In this document: positions 1 through 8,210 of the stretch, piece by piece
Numbering within the stretch: the first letter of the stretch is position 1
Layout of the letters: each line of letters opens with the position of its first letter
Assembly (NCBI GenBank): GCA_963695225.1
Contig: OY968762.1
Coordinates: forward strand, 736,001-800,000
From: Vulcanimicrobiota bacterium
Lineage (GTDB): Bacteria; Vulcanimicrobiota; Vulcanimicrobiia; Vulcanimicrobiales; Vulcanimicrobiaceae
Length of the DNA: 64,000 bases
Reading direction: 5' to 3'
Notes under the pieces: model-generated
Databases searched by the model: none
Told to the model about the DNA's origin: nothing
Seen by the model: only the letters and a program-made list of their open reading frames with translations
Program-made: the position numbers and the translations under genes

Positions 1-475
1 CGAACGTCATCTGATCGGCGGGGACGTTCCAGATCTTCTCGTTGTACGGGATCATGTATTTTTCGGCGATCCCCTTGCCGAACGTGTGATAGATCCACGC
101 CTTGAAGTTCGTCGGGGGCGGGGCATCGTTGTGGATGTAATGGTAGAGACATTCGAACCGCTCGAGCGGCGGTAGATCGAAGAGGCCGTTCTCAAACGGG
201 TACTTCACGAGCGTGCCCGCATACCAAATCGCATTTCGCCGGCGCCGTCGAGCGAGATTATCGCCGAGCTTCGCGTACATCTCGGCGAGGATCTCCTTGT
301 TCCGCGAAAACATGATGTGCGGCCCGCCGAGATCGAACGTGTAGCCGTCACGAACGAGGCTTCTGCAATTCCCGCCCACGGCGCGATCGAGCTCCAGCAC
401 TTCGCAAGAATGCCGCTTGCATTTCGCTGCGACCACAAGGCCGACGAGGCCGCCGCCCAGGATGCCGATTCTCAT
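1..475 (-). CDS. FAD-dependent oxidoreductase, UDP-galactopyranose mutase-like (partial, runs off window start)
   Basis: Manual translation: MRIGILGGGLVG (Rossmann GxGxxG)...GGNCRS...YTFDLGGPHIMFS...KYPFEN...FGKGIAEKYMIPYNEKIWNVP. ATG overlaps the gtrA stop (ATGA). Absent from the ORF track because it is truncated. Confidence 0.8.
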   Translation of the reverse strand, partial: MRIGILGGGLVGLVVAAKCKRHSCEVLELDRAVGGNCRSLVRDGYTFDLGGPHIMFSRNKEILAEMYAKLGDNLARRRRRNAIWYAGTLVKYPFENGLFDLPPLERFECLYHYIHNDAPPPTNFKAWIYHTFGKGIAEKYMIPYNEKIWNVPADQMTF

Positions 476-930
476 GAACGCAGATCCCAGCGCCGGCGAA
501 GCTGCCGAAACGATGCGGTGATGCCCCGCCCGAACGTGAGGTAGCGATGCAGGATGAAGCCAAGCGGTAGGTTGACGCCCACCGCCAGTATCTTAGCGAC
601 GACGGGCGCGAGGTGCCACCCCCGCACGCCGAGTTCGACGATTCCCATCGTCGTCAGAACGAGGACTACGCCGACCGCAACGTACGTCCTCGCTTGTTCC
701 GGAGCCGTGCGGCCGAAGCTCCTGAAGTTCAGCTGCCGATTCAACGCGAAGTTCGTCGTCGCACCGGCCGTAAAGGCGATCGCAACCGCGACGGGGCGCC
801 ATAGGCCGGCGTTCAGCAGCAGCGCAAATCCGCCGACGTCGACGCAGAAGGCGCACGCGCTGAAGGCGAAATACCGGATCAAGAGGGACCGCGTGCGGCC
901 GCCGGCGTGCCACCGTTGCGCGTTCGTCAT
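472..930 (-). CDS. GtrA family membrane protein (small flippase-like)
   Basis: Four hydrophobic segments, NFALNRQLNFR and HRYLTF motifs; coupled to neighbours by 4-bp overlaps. Confidence 0.85.
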   Translation of the reverse strand: MTNAQRWHAGGRTRSLLIRYFAFSACAFCVDVGGFALLLNAGLWRPVAVAIAFTAGATTNFALNRQLNFRSFGRTAPEQARTYVAVGVVLVLTTMGIVELGVRGWHLAPVVAKILAVGVNLPLGFILHRYLTFGRGITASFRQLRRRWDLRS

Positions 931-1631
931 CGCAGCACCGAGGCTCGCAAGAACTCGGCCGTATCCGCGTACCCTTCCGGCGAGCCCATCTCGTAGAACC
1001 GTTGCGTCACTTCGAAGGCATGGAGCGCACGCCGGGCAATGAGACGCTGGAGCACCTCGGCGAGATCCGTCGGAACGCCGTCCCGGACGGCGGCAAAGGC
1101 ACGGGCCCGGAATATCTCCACGCCGTAGTCGATGTGCTCGAAGCGCGCGTCGGCGGCGGTCTTGTCGTAGCGCTCGATCGCTCCGTCACGAAAGAGCACG
1201 TTGCTCGCGCCGAACTCGCCGCGGTTCCGGTACACCGACATCAAGCCCTCGGCGCCGCTGCGCTCGAAAGCATCGCACATGGCGGCGTAGTCGCAGTCGA
1301 GATACGAATCGCCGTACAGCGCGAAGAAGCTCTCGCCTAGGAGCGGAAGGGCGCGCTTGAGCGCCCCGGCGGTGCCCGCCCGCACCGGGCCGTCGTGCGA
1401 ATAGCACAGGTGCAAGCCGAAGCGGCTCCCGTCGCCCACCGCCTCTTCGATCGTCTCGCCGAGATACCCGACGCACAGCACGACCTTGGAGAAGCCCTTT
1501 CGTTCGAGCAGCCGTAAGAGATGGTACAGGAAGGGCTCGCCGCCGACCGGGATCATCGCCTTCGGGAGCGTTTCCGTCGCCGGCCGCATCCGCGTTCCGA
1601 GGCCCCCGCACAATACCGCTACCGGGTACAC
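927..1631 (-). CDS. hddC: Sugar-phosphate nucleotidyltransferase, HddC-like (heptose-1-P guanylyltransferase)
   Basis: LCGGLGTRM...LPKAMIPV NTP-transferase motif, YGDSY; lies with gmhA/gmhB/hddA. Confidence 0.75.
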   Translation of the reverse strand: MYPVAVLCGGLGTRMRPATETLPKAMIPVGGEPFLYHLLRLLERKGFSKVVLCVGYLGETIEEAVGDGSRFGLHLCYSHDGPVRAGTAGALKRALPLLGESFFALYGDSYLDCDYAAMCDAFERSGAEGLMSVYRNRGEFGASNVLFRDGAIERYDKTAADARFEHIDYGVEIFRARAFAAVRDGVPTDLAEVLQRLIARRALHAFEVTQRFYEMGSPEGYADTAEFLRASVLR

Positions 1632-1647
1632 AGCCGCGCCCTCTCCA

Positions 1648-2655
1648 TCACGCGCTTCCCCGTTCGTGCTCGGCGATCAGCGCGCGCACCGAATCCTCGA
1701 TCGCTTCCAGCGCCGTCCGTTTGGCGTTCCAGCCCAGGCGCTTTATCTTGGAGGCGTCGAGCCGGATGATGGGGACGTCCCCTTTCCAGCCTCGGTCGCC
1801 CCCCGTGTATTCCAGGCGAACGGCTGCGGGCTCCAAGCCCAACTCGCGAATCGCGACCTCGGCGATCTTCGTCACGGTCACGAAATCGTCCGTCGCCACG
1901 TTGTACGCGTCGAACGGCACCTCACCGCCGGCCTCCGCCACCAGCAGAACCGCATCGAGCACGTCGTCGACGTGCACGTACGACTTGCACTGCGTGCCGT
2001 CGCCTAGGATGCGCAGGCGTGACGCATCCCCTCTCAGCCGGCGGACGAAATCGTAGCCGACCCCGTGCGTCTGCCGAGGCCCGACGACGTTGGCAAACCG
2101 GAACGCCCGCGCAGTGAAGCCGAAGAGGTGCGCGTACGAACACATCAGCGCTTCGCAGGCAAGTTTGCTCGCACCGTACGTCGAGATCGGAAGCGACGGT
2201 CCGTGGTCCTCGGCGAAGGTCGCGTTCGGGTCCTCGCCGTAGACCCCGCTCCCCGACGTGTAGAACACGCGCCGCACGCCGTTGAGCCGCACGGCCTCAA
2301 GAACGTTATTGACGAGATACGTGCCTTCCCAGAAATCGATGTCGGGCTGGCGCACGGCCTTCGCGATATCGGGATTCGCTGCGAGATGGAACACCGCGTC
2401 CGCCTCGCGCATCGCCGCAGTGAGTTCTCCGAGATTCTTCACATCCGCGTCGACGACGCGCAACCGGGGATCGCCCTCGTGACCGGCGAGATGCCCTCGC
2501 GTTCCCGACGTGAAATTGTCGAAGACGACGACCCGCTCGACGTCCTCGCTGCCCAGCAGCCGGGAGGTGAGATGCGATCCGATGAATCCGGCTCCGCCCG
2601 AAATGAACGGCCGGCGGAACCCGTGTACGCCGTGCGCTAGGGCTCGATCGCCCAT
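1648..2655 (-). CDS. NAD-dependent epimerase/dehydratase (extended SDR)
   Basis: GGAGFIG, HLAA, catalytic YGASK, RFANVVGP. Confidence 0.9.
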   Translation of the reverse strand: MGDRALAHGVHGFRRPFISGGAGFIGSHLTSRLLGSEDVERVVVFDNFTSGTRGHLAGHEGDPRLRVVDADVKNLGELTAAMREADAVFHLAANPDIAKAVRQPDIDFWEGTYLVNNVLEAVRLNGVRRVFYTSGSGVYGEDPNATFAEDHGPSLPISTYGASKLACEALMCSYAHLFGFTARAFRFANVVGPRQTHGVGYDFVRRLRGDASRLRILGDGTQCKSYVHVDDVLDAVLLVAEAGGEVPFDAYNVATDDFVTVTKIAEVAIRELGLEPAAVRLEYTGGDRGWKGDVPIIRLDASKIKRLGWNAKRTALEAIEDSVRALIAEHERGSA

Positions 2656-2657
2656 CG

Positions 2658-3638
2658 CTAATCCCCCGCCAGCATCTTCGTACCCTCGAAATCAAATCGA
2701 AAGCGCACTTCGCGCAGCCCAAGCTCGCGCATCGTCCGCCGTAAGAGCATCTTGTTCGCAGCGTAGAACATCAAGAACCCGCCGCCGCCGGCACCGATCA
2801 GTTTTCCCCCGAGCGCCCCGTTCTCGAGGCCCGCCGAATACCATCGATCGATCTCGGGGTTGCTCATTCCCCGGCTGCGCAGCTTCTTGTGTTGCCAGTG
2901 AACGTCCATGAGGCGCCCCAATTCGTCGACGTTGCCCCGCTCCAGCGCCTCCTTGCTCTTCCACCCAAGCTCCTTGACGAAGGTCAGGTTCGCAAGCATC
3001 GCCTCGTCGTTGTGCCGGCTCTTCTCGTCTTGCTCCTTCAGGATCGCCGAAGCCGAACGCGAGTATCCGGTGAAGAACAGCAAGAGGTTATCTTCGAGAT
3101 TGAAAAGGGTCTCGTCCGAAATCCGTAGCGGATACGCACGGACGGGCCCTCCGGCACCGAATTCGAAGCACGTTATCCCTCCGTACGCGGCGATGTATTG
3201 GTCCTGCTTTCCGATCGACTCGCGTAGGACGTCCAGCTCGATGTGGCATGCCTCTTCCGCCAGCTCGTGCGGGTGGATCAATGTCTTCTGACAATAGTGG
3301 AGCGCCTTCAAGAGCGCCGTGGTGAAGCTTCCGGAGGACCCGAGGCCGGTTCCGGCGGGGATATCCGCCATGCTCGAGATCTCGAGGTTCTTCGGCCCCC
3401 CGACGTAGCGCAGGGATTCGCGAACGATCGGATGCCGGATGTCTTCCAGCTCCGTCGCTTCCTCCATCTGCGAATACTTCACGACGTAGCCGTCCACGAA
3501 GCGTCGATGGATGTTGATGTAGACGTATTTGTCGATCGCCGCGGCGATGACGAACCCGCCATGCTCGTTGTAGTACGACGGCAAGTCGGTGCCGCCACCC
3601 CCGAGCGAGATCCGGAGAGGGCTCCGTGAGATAATCAT
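2658..3638 (-). CDS. hddA: D-glycero-alpha-D-manno-heptose-7-phosphate kinase (GHMP family)
   Basis: MIISRSPLRISLGGGGTD, PAGTGLGSS, GKQDQY, GGKLIGAGGGG; start re-set to ATG 3638. Confidence 0.88.
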   Translation of the reverse strand: MIISRSPLRISLGGGGTDLPSYYNEHGGFVIAAAIDKYVYINIHRRFVDGYVVKYSQMEEATELEDIRHPIVRESLRYVGGPKNLEISSMADIPAGTGLGSSGSFTTALLKALHYCQKTLIHPHELAEEACHIELDVLRESIGKQDQYIAAYGGITCFEFGAGGPVRAYPLRISDETLFNLEDNLLLFFTGYSRSASAILKEQDEKSRHNDEAMLANLTFVKELGWKSKEALERGNVDELGRLMDVHWQHKKLRSRGMSNPEIDRWYSAGLENGALGGKLIGAGGGGFLMFYAANKMLLRRTMRELGLREVRFRFDFEGTKMLAGD

Positions 3639-3661
3639 GCTAACGCGCTCGATCCACGATG

Positions 3662-4405
3662 CTAGAGCACGTACCCCGCGGCGCGAGCATCGTCGGCGAA
3701 CATCCGCACCGTATCGACCGAGTAGGCGTCGAGATCTCTTCCGACGAGCCAAAGCTTCGCCAGGACGTCCTGCGTCGCCGTAATGACGTGGACCCCGCAG
3801 TCGCTCGCTTGGAAGATGTTCAAGAGCTCGCGAGGGCTCGCCCAGATGAGTTGGAGATTCGCATTGCCGCTCATGATGCGAAGGCTCTCGCGCATCGTGG
3901 GGAGCGGATCGCGCCCGGTATCGGCGATGCGTCCGGCAAAGACGGAGATATACGCCCCCGCCGAACCTTCCAGGGCGGCCGTGACCTCGGCCACTTGGCC
4001 GACATGCATGAGCGCGGTGACGTTCAATCTCACGCCTTCCGCGGTGAGGTCTCGAACGACTTCGAAAGTGCTGTTTCCGTTCGTGTCGGTGACGGGGATC
4101 TTCACGTACACGTTCTCGCCCCAACCGGCAATCTTGAGCGCCTGGCGCCGCATCTCCATGAAATTGTCGGCGAAAACCTCGAACGAGATGGGCCGCTTGC
4201 CCACCACCGTGAGGGCCTCCGCCGCGAAGGCTTCGTAATCGGTAACCCCGGCCTTCCGCATGAGCGTCGGATTCGTCGTGAATCCGGCAACGAGCGGATT
4301 GCGCGCGAACCGCACGATGCTCTCGTGATCCGCGCCGTCTGCGAAGAGCTTCACCTTCAGCTTGGCGAGCGAAGGAGTATGGGCGAGTTGCGCGAGTGCG
4401 ATCAT
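3662..4405 (-). CDS. Transaldolase (short TalC/FSA-like type)
   Basis: FADGAD, GFTTNPTL, Schiff-base VKIP, NVTA, SVFAGRIAD, LIWASPR. Confidence 0.88.
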   Translation of the reverse strand: MIALAQLAHTPSLAKLKVKLFADGADHESIVRFARNPLVAGFTTNPTLMRKAGVTDYEAFAAEALTVVGKRPISFEVFADNFMEMRRQALKIAGWGENVYVKIPVTDTNGNSTFEVVRDLTAEGVRLNVTALMHVGQVAEVTAALEGSAGAYISVFAGRIADTGRDPLPTMRESLRIMSGNANLQLIWASPRELLNIFQASDCGVHVITATQDVLAKLWLVGRDLDAYSVDTVRMFADDARAAGYVL

Positions 4406-4950
4406 GGTGCCCTCCGTGCGTCGCGCAGAATCCAACGGGCCGCTTCCAAGGGAGATCGAACCCGCGCCGAAGGCGCGCCCGCCGGGCTTCGCTCCGCCCA
4501 ACCCCGGTCGACGAGAACCGTGCGGCAGCCCGCAGCGGTGCCGGCGTCGATGTCGCGCCAGCGGTCGCCCACGAGATAGCTATCTTCCAGTCTCAACGAC
4601 CAGCGCGCCGCGGCTTCGAGGAGCATGCCCGGCAGAGGCTTGCGGCAAGCGCACTCGTCGGAATCGTCATGGAAGCACGCCATCAGATCGTCGATCCGCA
4701 GTTCCGAGGCCACGTAGTTGTTGATGGCGTCGGCGGTCCGCCGATCCATGACGCCGCGAGCCACATCCGGCTGGTTGGTCACGCAGATCGTCACGAACCC
4801 GGCCCGCTGCAAGGACGAAACGGCCAGGCGAGCTCCGTCGATCAGCCGCACTTCGTCGAGCTTCATCGGCGGGAACGGCTTGCGGTCCCGCTCGACGACT
4901 TCGTTGAGGATGCCGTCGCGATCCAGAAAGACGCCGCGCTGCGAACGCAT
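4402..4950 (-). CDS. gmhB: D-glycero-D-manno-heptose 1,7-bisphosphate phosphatase (HAD IIIA)
   Basis: FLDRDGIL, VTNQ, CFH...CACRKPLPGM, VGDRWRD. Confidence 0.88.
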   Translation of the reverse strand: MRSQRGVFLDRDGILNEVVERDRKPFPPMKLDEVRLIDGARLAVSSLQRAGFVTICVTNQPDVARGVMDRRTADAINNYVASELRIDDLMACFHDDSDECACRKPLPGMLLEAAARWSLRLEDSYLVGDRWRDIDAGTAAGCRTVLVDRGWAERSPAGAPSARVRSPLEAARWILRDARRAP

Positions 4951-4951
4951 C

Positions 4952-5569
4952 TCAGGCCCGTGCGCTCGCGGCGGACGCGACCGATTCCCACTTAGTCGCC
5001 GCAACCTTGACGGCGGGATGCGTCACGAGCAAATGCCACACGACAGCCTGAAAGGCTTCGGCGTGAGGCGTTACGTGAGCGGCGTTCACCGTTGGGATCA
5101 GGACGAACGCATCGGCGACCTTCGCGGTGTAGCCGCCGTCGCGCCCCACGATCCCGAGGATCGTGCAACCGGTCTCTCGACCGTATTGCAAAGCACGCGT
5201 GAGGTTCGGGCTGACGTTGCGTTCGACGTCGCCCCCGCCGACCGAGAACACGAGGAGCGCGTCGCGAGCCGAAAGCCGGCTCACTTCGAGCCACGAGCTG
5301 AAGATCGTCTCCCAGCCCTCGTCATTGGTGCGGGCCGTGAGTTCGGAGACGTTGTCGGTCGGCGCGTACGCCTCGAAGCCGGCTAGCTTTCGGAAGTCGT
5401 TCACTGCATGACTCGCGTTTGCCGCGCTGCCGCCGACGCCGAGCACGAACAGACGGCCGCCGCGTTTGCGAACGTCGGCCAGCGCTTGCGCCACGCGTTC
5501 CACGGCCTCGACGTCGATGCGGTCGAGCACGTCGCGCGCTTCGTCCAAGAACTGTCTCGCGAATGGCAT
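4952..5569 (-). CDS. gmhA: Sedoheptulose-7-phosphate isomerase (SIS domain)
   Basis: GVGGSAANASHAVND, TARTNDEGW, GRDGG; first gene of the heptose operon. Confidence 0.85.
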   Translation of the reverse strand: MPFARQFLDEARDVLDRIDVEAVERVAQALADVRKRGGRLFVLGVGGSAANASHAVNDFRKLAGFEAYAPTDNVSELTARTNDEGWETIFSSWLEVSRLSARDALLVFSVGGGDVERNVSPNLTRALQYGRETGCTILGIVGRDGGYTAKVADAFVLIPTVNAAHVTPHAEAFQAVVWHLLVTHPAVKVAATKWESVASAASARA

Positions 5570-5719
5570 TTAGCGCACACAGCCTCGCGAGAGCAGCCGC
5601 CGCGCAAGAAAGGATGCGAGTTCAGCTACGAACCGTGGCGGGATACTCACGCGAATGCGGCCTTTCACGAAACGGGCAAGACGAGTACGCGACGTGCGTA
5701 GTGATGTAGCTCTCTCTTG

Positions 5720-5746
5720 CTATCGGCAAATCGAAGCGGGCGCTGA
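5720..5746 (-). promoter_or_regulatory. Candidate sigma-28 (FliA/SigD)-type promoter upstream of the heptose operon
   Basis: Minus strand TCAG-N15-GCCGATAG; same spacing as the fliW promoter candidate, but the -35 is weak. Confidence 0.4.
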
Positions 5747-5851
5747 ACGGAGAGTCGCTCGCCCCCCACGAGCAAGCCTCGGGCGCCGTCCCTTGGAGGA
5801 CGTTGCGGTTTACGAGATCCGCAGGCCGGCGTCGCGCCGGCGCAGCACGCT

Positions 5852-6739
5852 TCAGGCCGCCGGCAGCTGGATCGAGAGGAAGCGCTCGCAGCCGGCGTAG
5901 TCTTCGCCGACTTCGATGTAGGCCTCGGGGCACGCAGCTTCGACGAGCGCGGATAACGGATCGAGCGTCGCGGGGGCAGCTTCGAACCAGAGGCTCGCGC
6001 GCGGCGCAGCGAGGCGCGGGAGCTGCGTGAGGAGCCGGCGGTACAGGTCGAGCCCGTCCGCCCCGCCGTCGAGCGCTAGGAGCGGTTCGAACCCGACCGG
6101 ATCCGGCTGCCGGGGAACGGCCGCGGACGGAACGTACGGCAGGTTCGCGATGACGCAATCGAACGGCCCGAACTCGACGAGCGGTTCGCCGAGGTCGCCG
6201 CGGACGAACGTGACGCGCTCCGCGACGCCGTGCGTGCCCGCGTTTCTGCGCGCCACCCAAAGCGCGTCCTCCGAGACATCGGCCGCGAAGACGCGCGCCC
6301 GCTCGCACTCGGCGGCAAGCGTGACGGCGAGCGCGCCGCTCCCCGTCCCGATATCACAGATGCGGACTTCCCGCGCCCCTTCGGCGAGGCGCGCGCGCAC
6401 GTCGTCGAGCGCGGCTTCGATCAAGTGCTCGCTCTCCGGGCGCGGCACGAGCACGTGCTCGTCGACGTAGAATTCGCGCCCGAAGAAGCCGGCCTTGTGC
6501 GTGAGGTACGCGACCGGGACGCCGCGCATCCGCTCGCCGATCAGCACGCCGAAGATCTCGGAGAGGTTGCGGTCCAGCTCCTCGTTTCCGTGCGCGAGAA
6601 GCCAAGCGCGGTCGGCCTGCAGCACCTCGCCGAGCAGGATCTGCGCGTCGGCCAGGGCTTCGGCCCGCACGTTCGCCGGCGTCGCTTGCGACGTGCGCAG
6701 GCGCAGGATCGCGGTTGCGAGCGCCTGCGCGATCGTCAT
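5852..6739 (-). CDS. prmC: Release factor glutamine methyltransferase
   Basis: VLVPRPESE, DIGTGSG, ANLPY; follows prfA. Confidence 0.95.
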   Translation of the reverse strand: MTIAQALATAILRLRTSQATPANVRAEALADAQILLGEVLQADRAWLLAHGNEELDRNLSEIFGVLIGERMRGVPVAYLTHKAGFFGREFYVDEHVLVPRPESEHLIEAALDDVRARLAEGAREVRICDIGTGSGALAVTLAAECERARVFAADVSEDALWVARRNAGTHGVAERVTFVRGDLGEPLVEFGPFDCVIANLPYVPSAAVPRQPDPVGFEPLLALDGGADGLDLYRRLLTQLPRLAAPRASLWFEAAPATLDPLSALVEAACPEAYIEVGEDYAGCERFLSIQLPAA

Positions 6740-7818
6740 GCGGCGCTCGTCTCGCCGGCCAGCAAGCGCATCTTCTCGTCCGCTTGCAGGCGCGCGACGA
6801 GCTTTCCGAGATCGCCGTTGAGGATCGCCCCGATGTTCTGGAAGTTCTCGTTGATGCGGTGGTCCGTGATCCGGTCCTGCGGGAAGTTATAGGTTCGGAT
6901 CTTCTCCGAACGGTCGCCCGTCCCGACCTGGCTCTTGCGCAACGACCCGACGGCTTCGGCGGCTTCGCGCTGCGCCCGGTCGAGCAGAACGCTGCGCAGC
7001 ATCGTCATCGCGCGCTCGCGATTCTGCAACTGCGAGCGCTCCTCGCTGCACGAGACGATCACGCCGCTCGGGACGTGCGTGATGCGAATCGCGCTCTCGG
7101 TCTTGTTGACGTGCTGCCCGCCGGCGCCGCTCGATTTGTAGGTGTCGATCTTGAGATCCGACGGGTTGATCTCGATCCCGTCGACTTCTTCGGCTTCCGG
7201 CAGGACGGCGACCGTGACGGTGCTCGTGTGAACGCGCCCTTGCGATTCCGTCACCGGAACGCGCTGGACGCGGTGCACGCCGCTTTCGTACTTGAAGAAC
7301 CGGTACGGCTCCCCGCCCTTGACCGCGAGCACGACTTCCTTGTACCCGCCGGCGTCGCTCTCGCTCTGCGAGACGAGCTCGACCTTCATCTTCAGCGATT
7401 CGGCGTAGCGCGCGTACAGGCGCGCGAGCTCGGCCGCGAACAAGCTCGCTTCGTCCCCGCCGGCGCCGGCGCGGATTTCGATGAACACGTCCTTCGTATC
7501 GTTCGGGTCGCGCGGGAGCATCAGCTCGGTCAGCTCCGACTCCTGCTCCTTGCGCCGCTCGCGCAGCGCCTTGCCTTCCTCCTCCGCAAGCTCCCGGATC
7601 TCGGGGTCCGGGTCCTTGAGCAAGAGCTCGTTCGCGGCTTGCTCGTCCAGCAGCTTGCGATACGCGCGGTACGCCGCGACCGTCGGTTCGATCGAGGCGC
7701 GCTCCTTGACGAACGCCGTAAAGCGGACCTGGTCGAAAGCGCCGCTCGCGTGCGCGAGCTCCGCTTCGATTTCATCGAGTCGCTTGGAGAGCGCCGCGAG
7801 GCGCTCGAGATTGAACAC
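6736..7818 (-). CDS. prfA: Peptide chain release factor 1
   Basis: GGQ motif, PVT anticodon-like loop, GVHRVQRVP, SEKIRTYN. Confidence 0.97.
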   Translation of the reverse strand: MFNLERLAALSKRLDEIEAELAHASGAFDQVRFTAFVKERASIEPTVAAYRAYRKLLDEQAANELLLKDPDPEIRELAEEEGKALRERRKEQESELTELMLPRDPNDTKDVFIEIRAGAGGDEASLFAAELARLYARYAESLKMKVELVSQSESDAGGYKEVVLAVKGGEPYRFFKYESGVHRVQRVPVTESQGRVHTSTVTVAVLPEAEEVDGIEINPSDLKIDTYKSSGAGGQHVNKTESAIRITHVPSGVIVSCSEERSQLQNRERAMTMLRSVLLDRAQREAAEAVGSLRKSQVGTGDRSEKIRTYNFPQDRITDHRINENFQNIGAILNGDLGKLVARLQADEKMRLLAGETSAA

Positions 7819-7884
7819 GGTATGCGAACCTGCAAAAAGGCGAGCCGCGTTCGTGCGGCTCGCCTGGGGGGCGTGACGGCGTAG

Positions 7885-8154
7885 CTACGCGGAGGCGGAG
7901 AGCTCTTCGGCCTTCTTGCGCTTGCGCTCTGCGGCTTCGGCCTTCTTCGCCTCGGCGGCGGCCATGCGCTGGTTGAACTTATCGACGCGGCCTGCCGTGT
8001 CGATGAACTTCTGTTGCCCGGTGAACAGCGGGTGGCACGCGGAGCAGATCTCGACGTTGATCTCTTTGAGCGTCGAGCCCGTCGTAAAGATGTTGCCGCA
8101 CGCGCAATGGACGCGGGCTTGGGAATGCCATTTGGGGTGGATCTTCGGTTTCAC
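7885..8154 (-). CDS. rpmE: 50S ribosomal protein L31 (Zn-binding type A)
   Basis: MKPKIHPKW...CACG...[10 protein letters not shown]...[11 protein letters not shown] start at 8154. Confidence 0.95.
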   Translation of the reverse strand: MKPKIHPKWHSQARVHCACGNIFTTGSTLKEINVEICSACHPLFTGQQKFIDTAGRVDKFNQRMAAAEAKKAEAAERKRKKAEELSASA

Positions 8155-8163
8155 AGCCCTTCG

Positions 8164-8172
8164 ATTGTAGCA
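8164..8172 (-). promoter_or_regulatory. Extended -10 promoter of rpmE (very short leader)
   Basis: TGCTACAAT (TGnTAnnnT) 9 nt upstream of the GTG start. Confidence 0.55.
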
Positions 8173-8210
8173 CCGGCCGCAAGGGCCCTCCGCGGAGCCC
8201 CCGGCTGCGC

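Noticed and set aside
6715..7884. Long antisense ORFs (here opposite prfA; many others across the window)
   Set aside because: Shadow ORFs of high-GC coding strands with no recognisable motifs.
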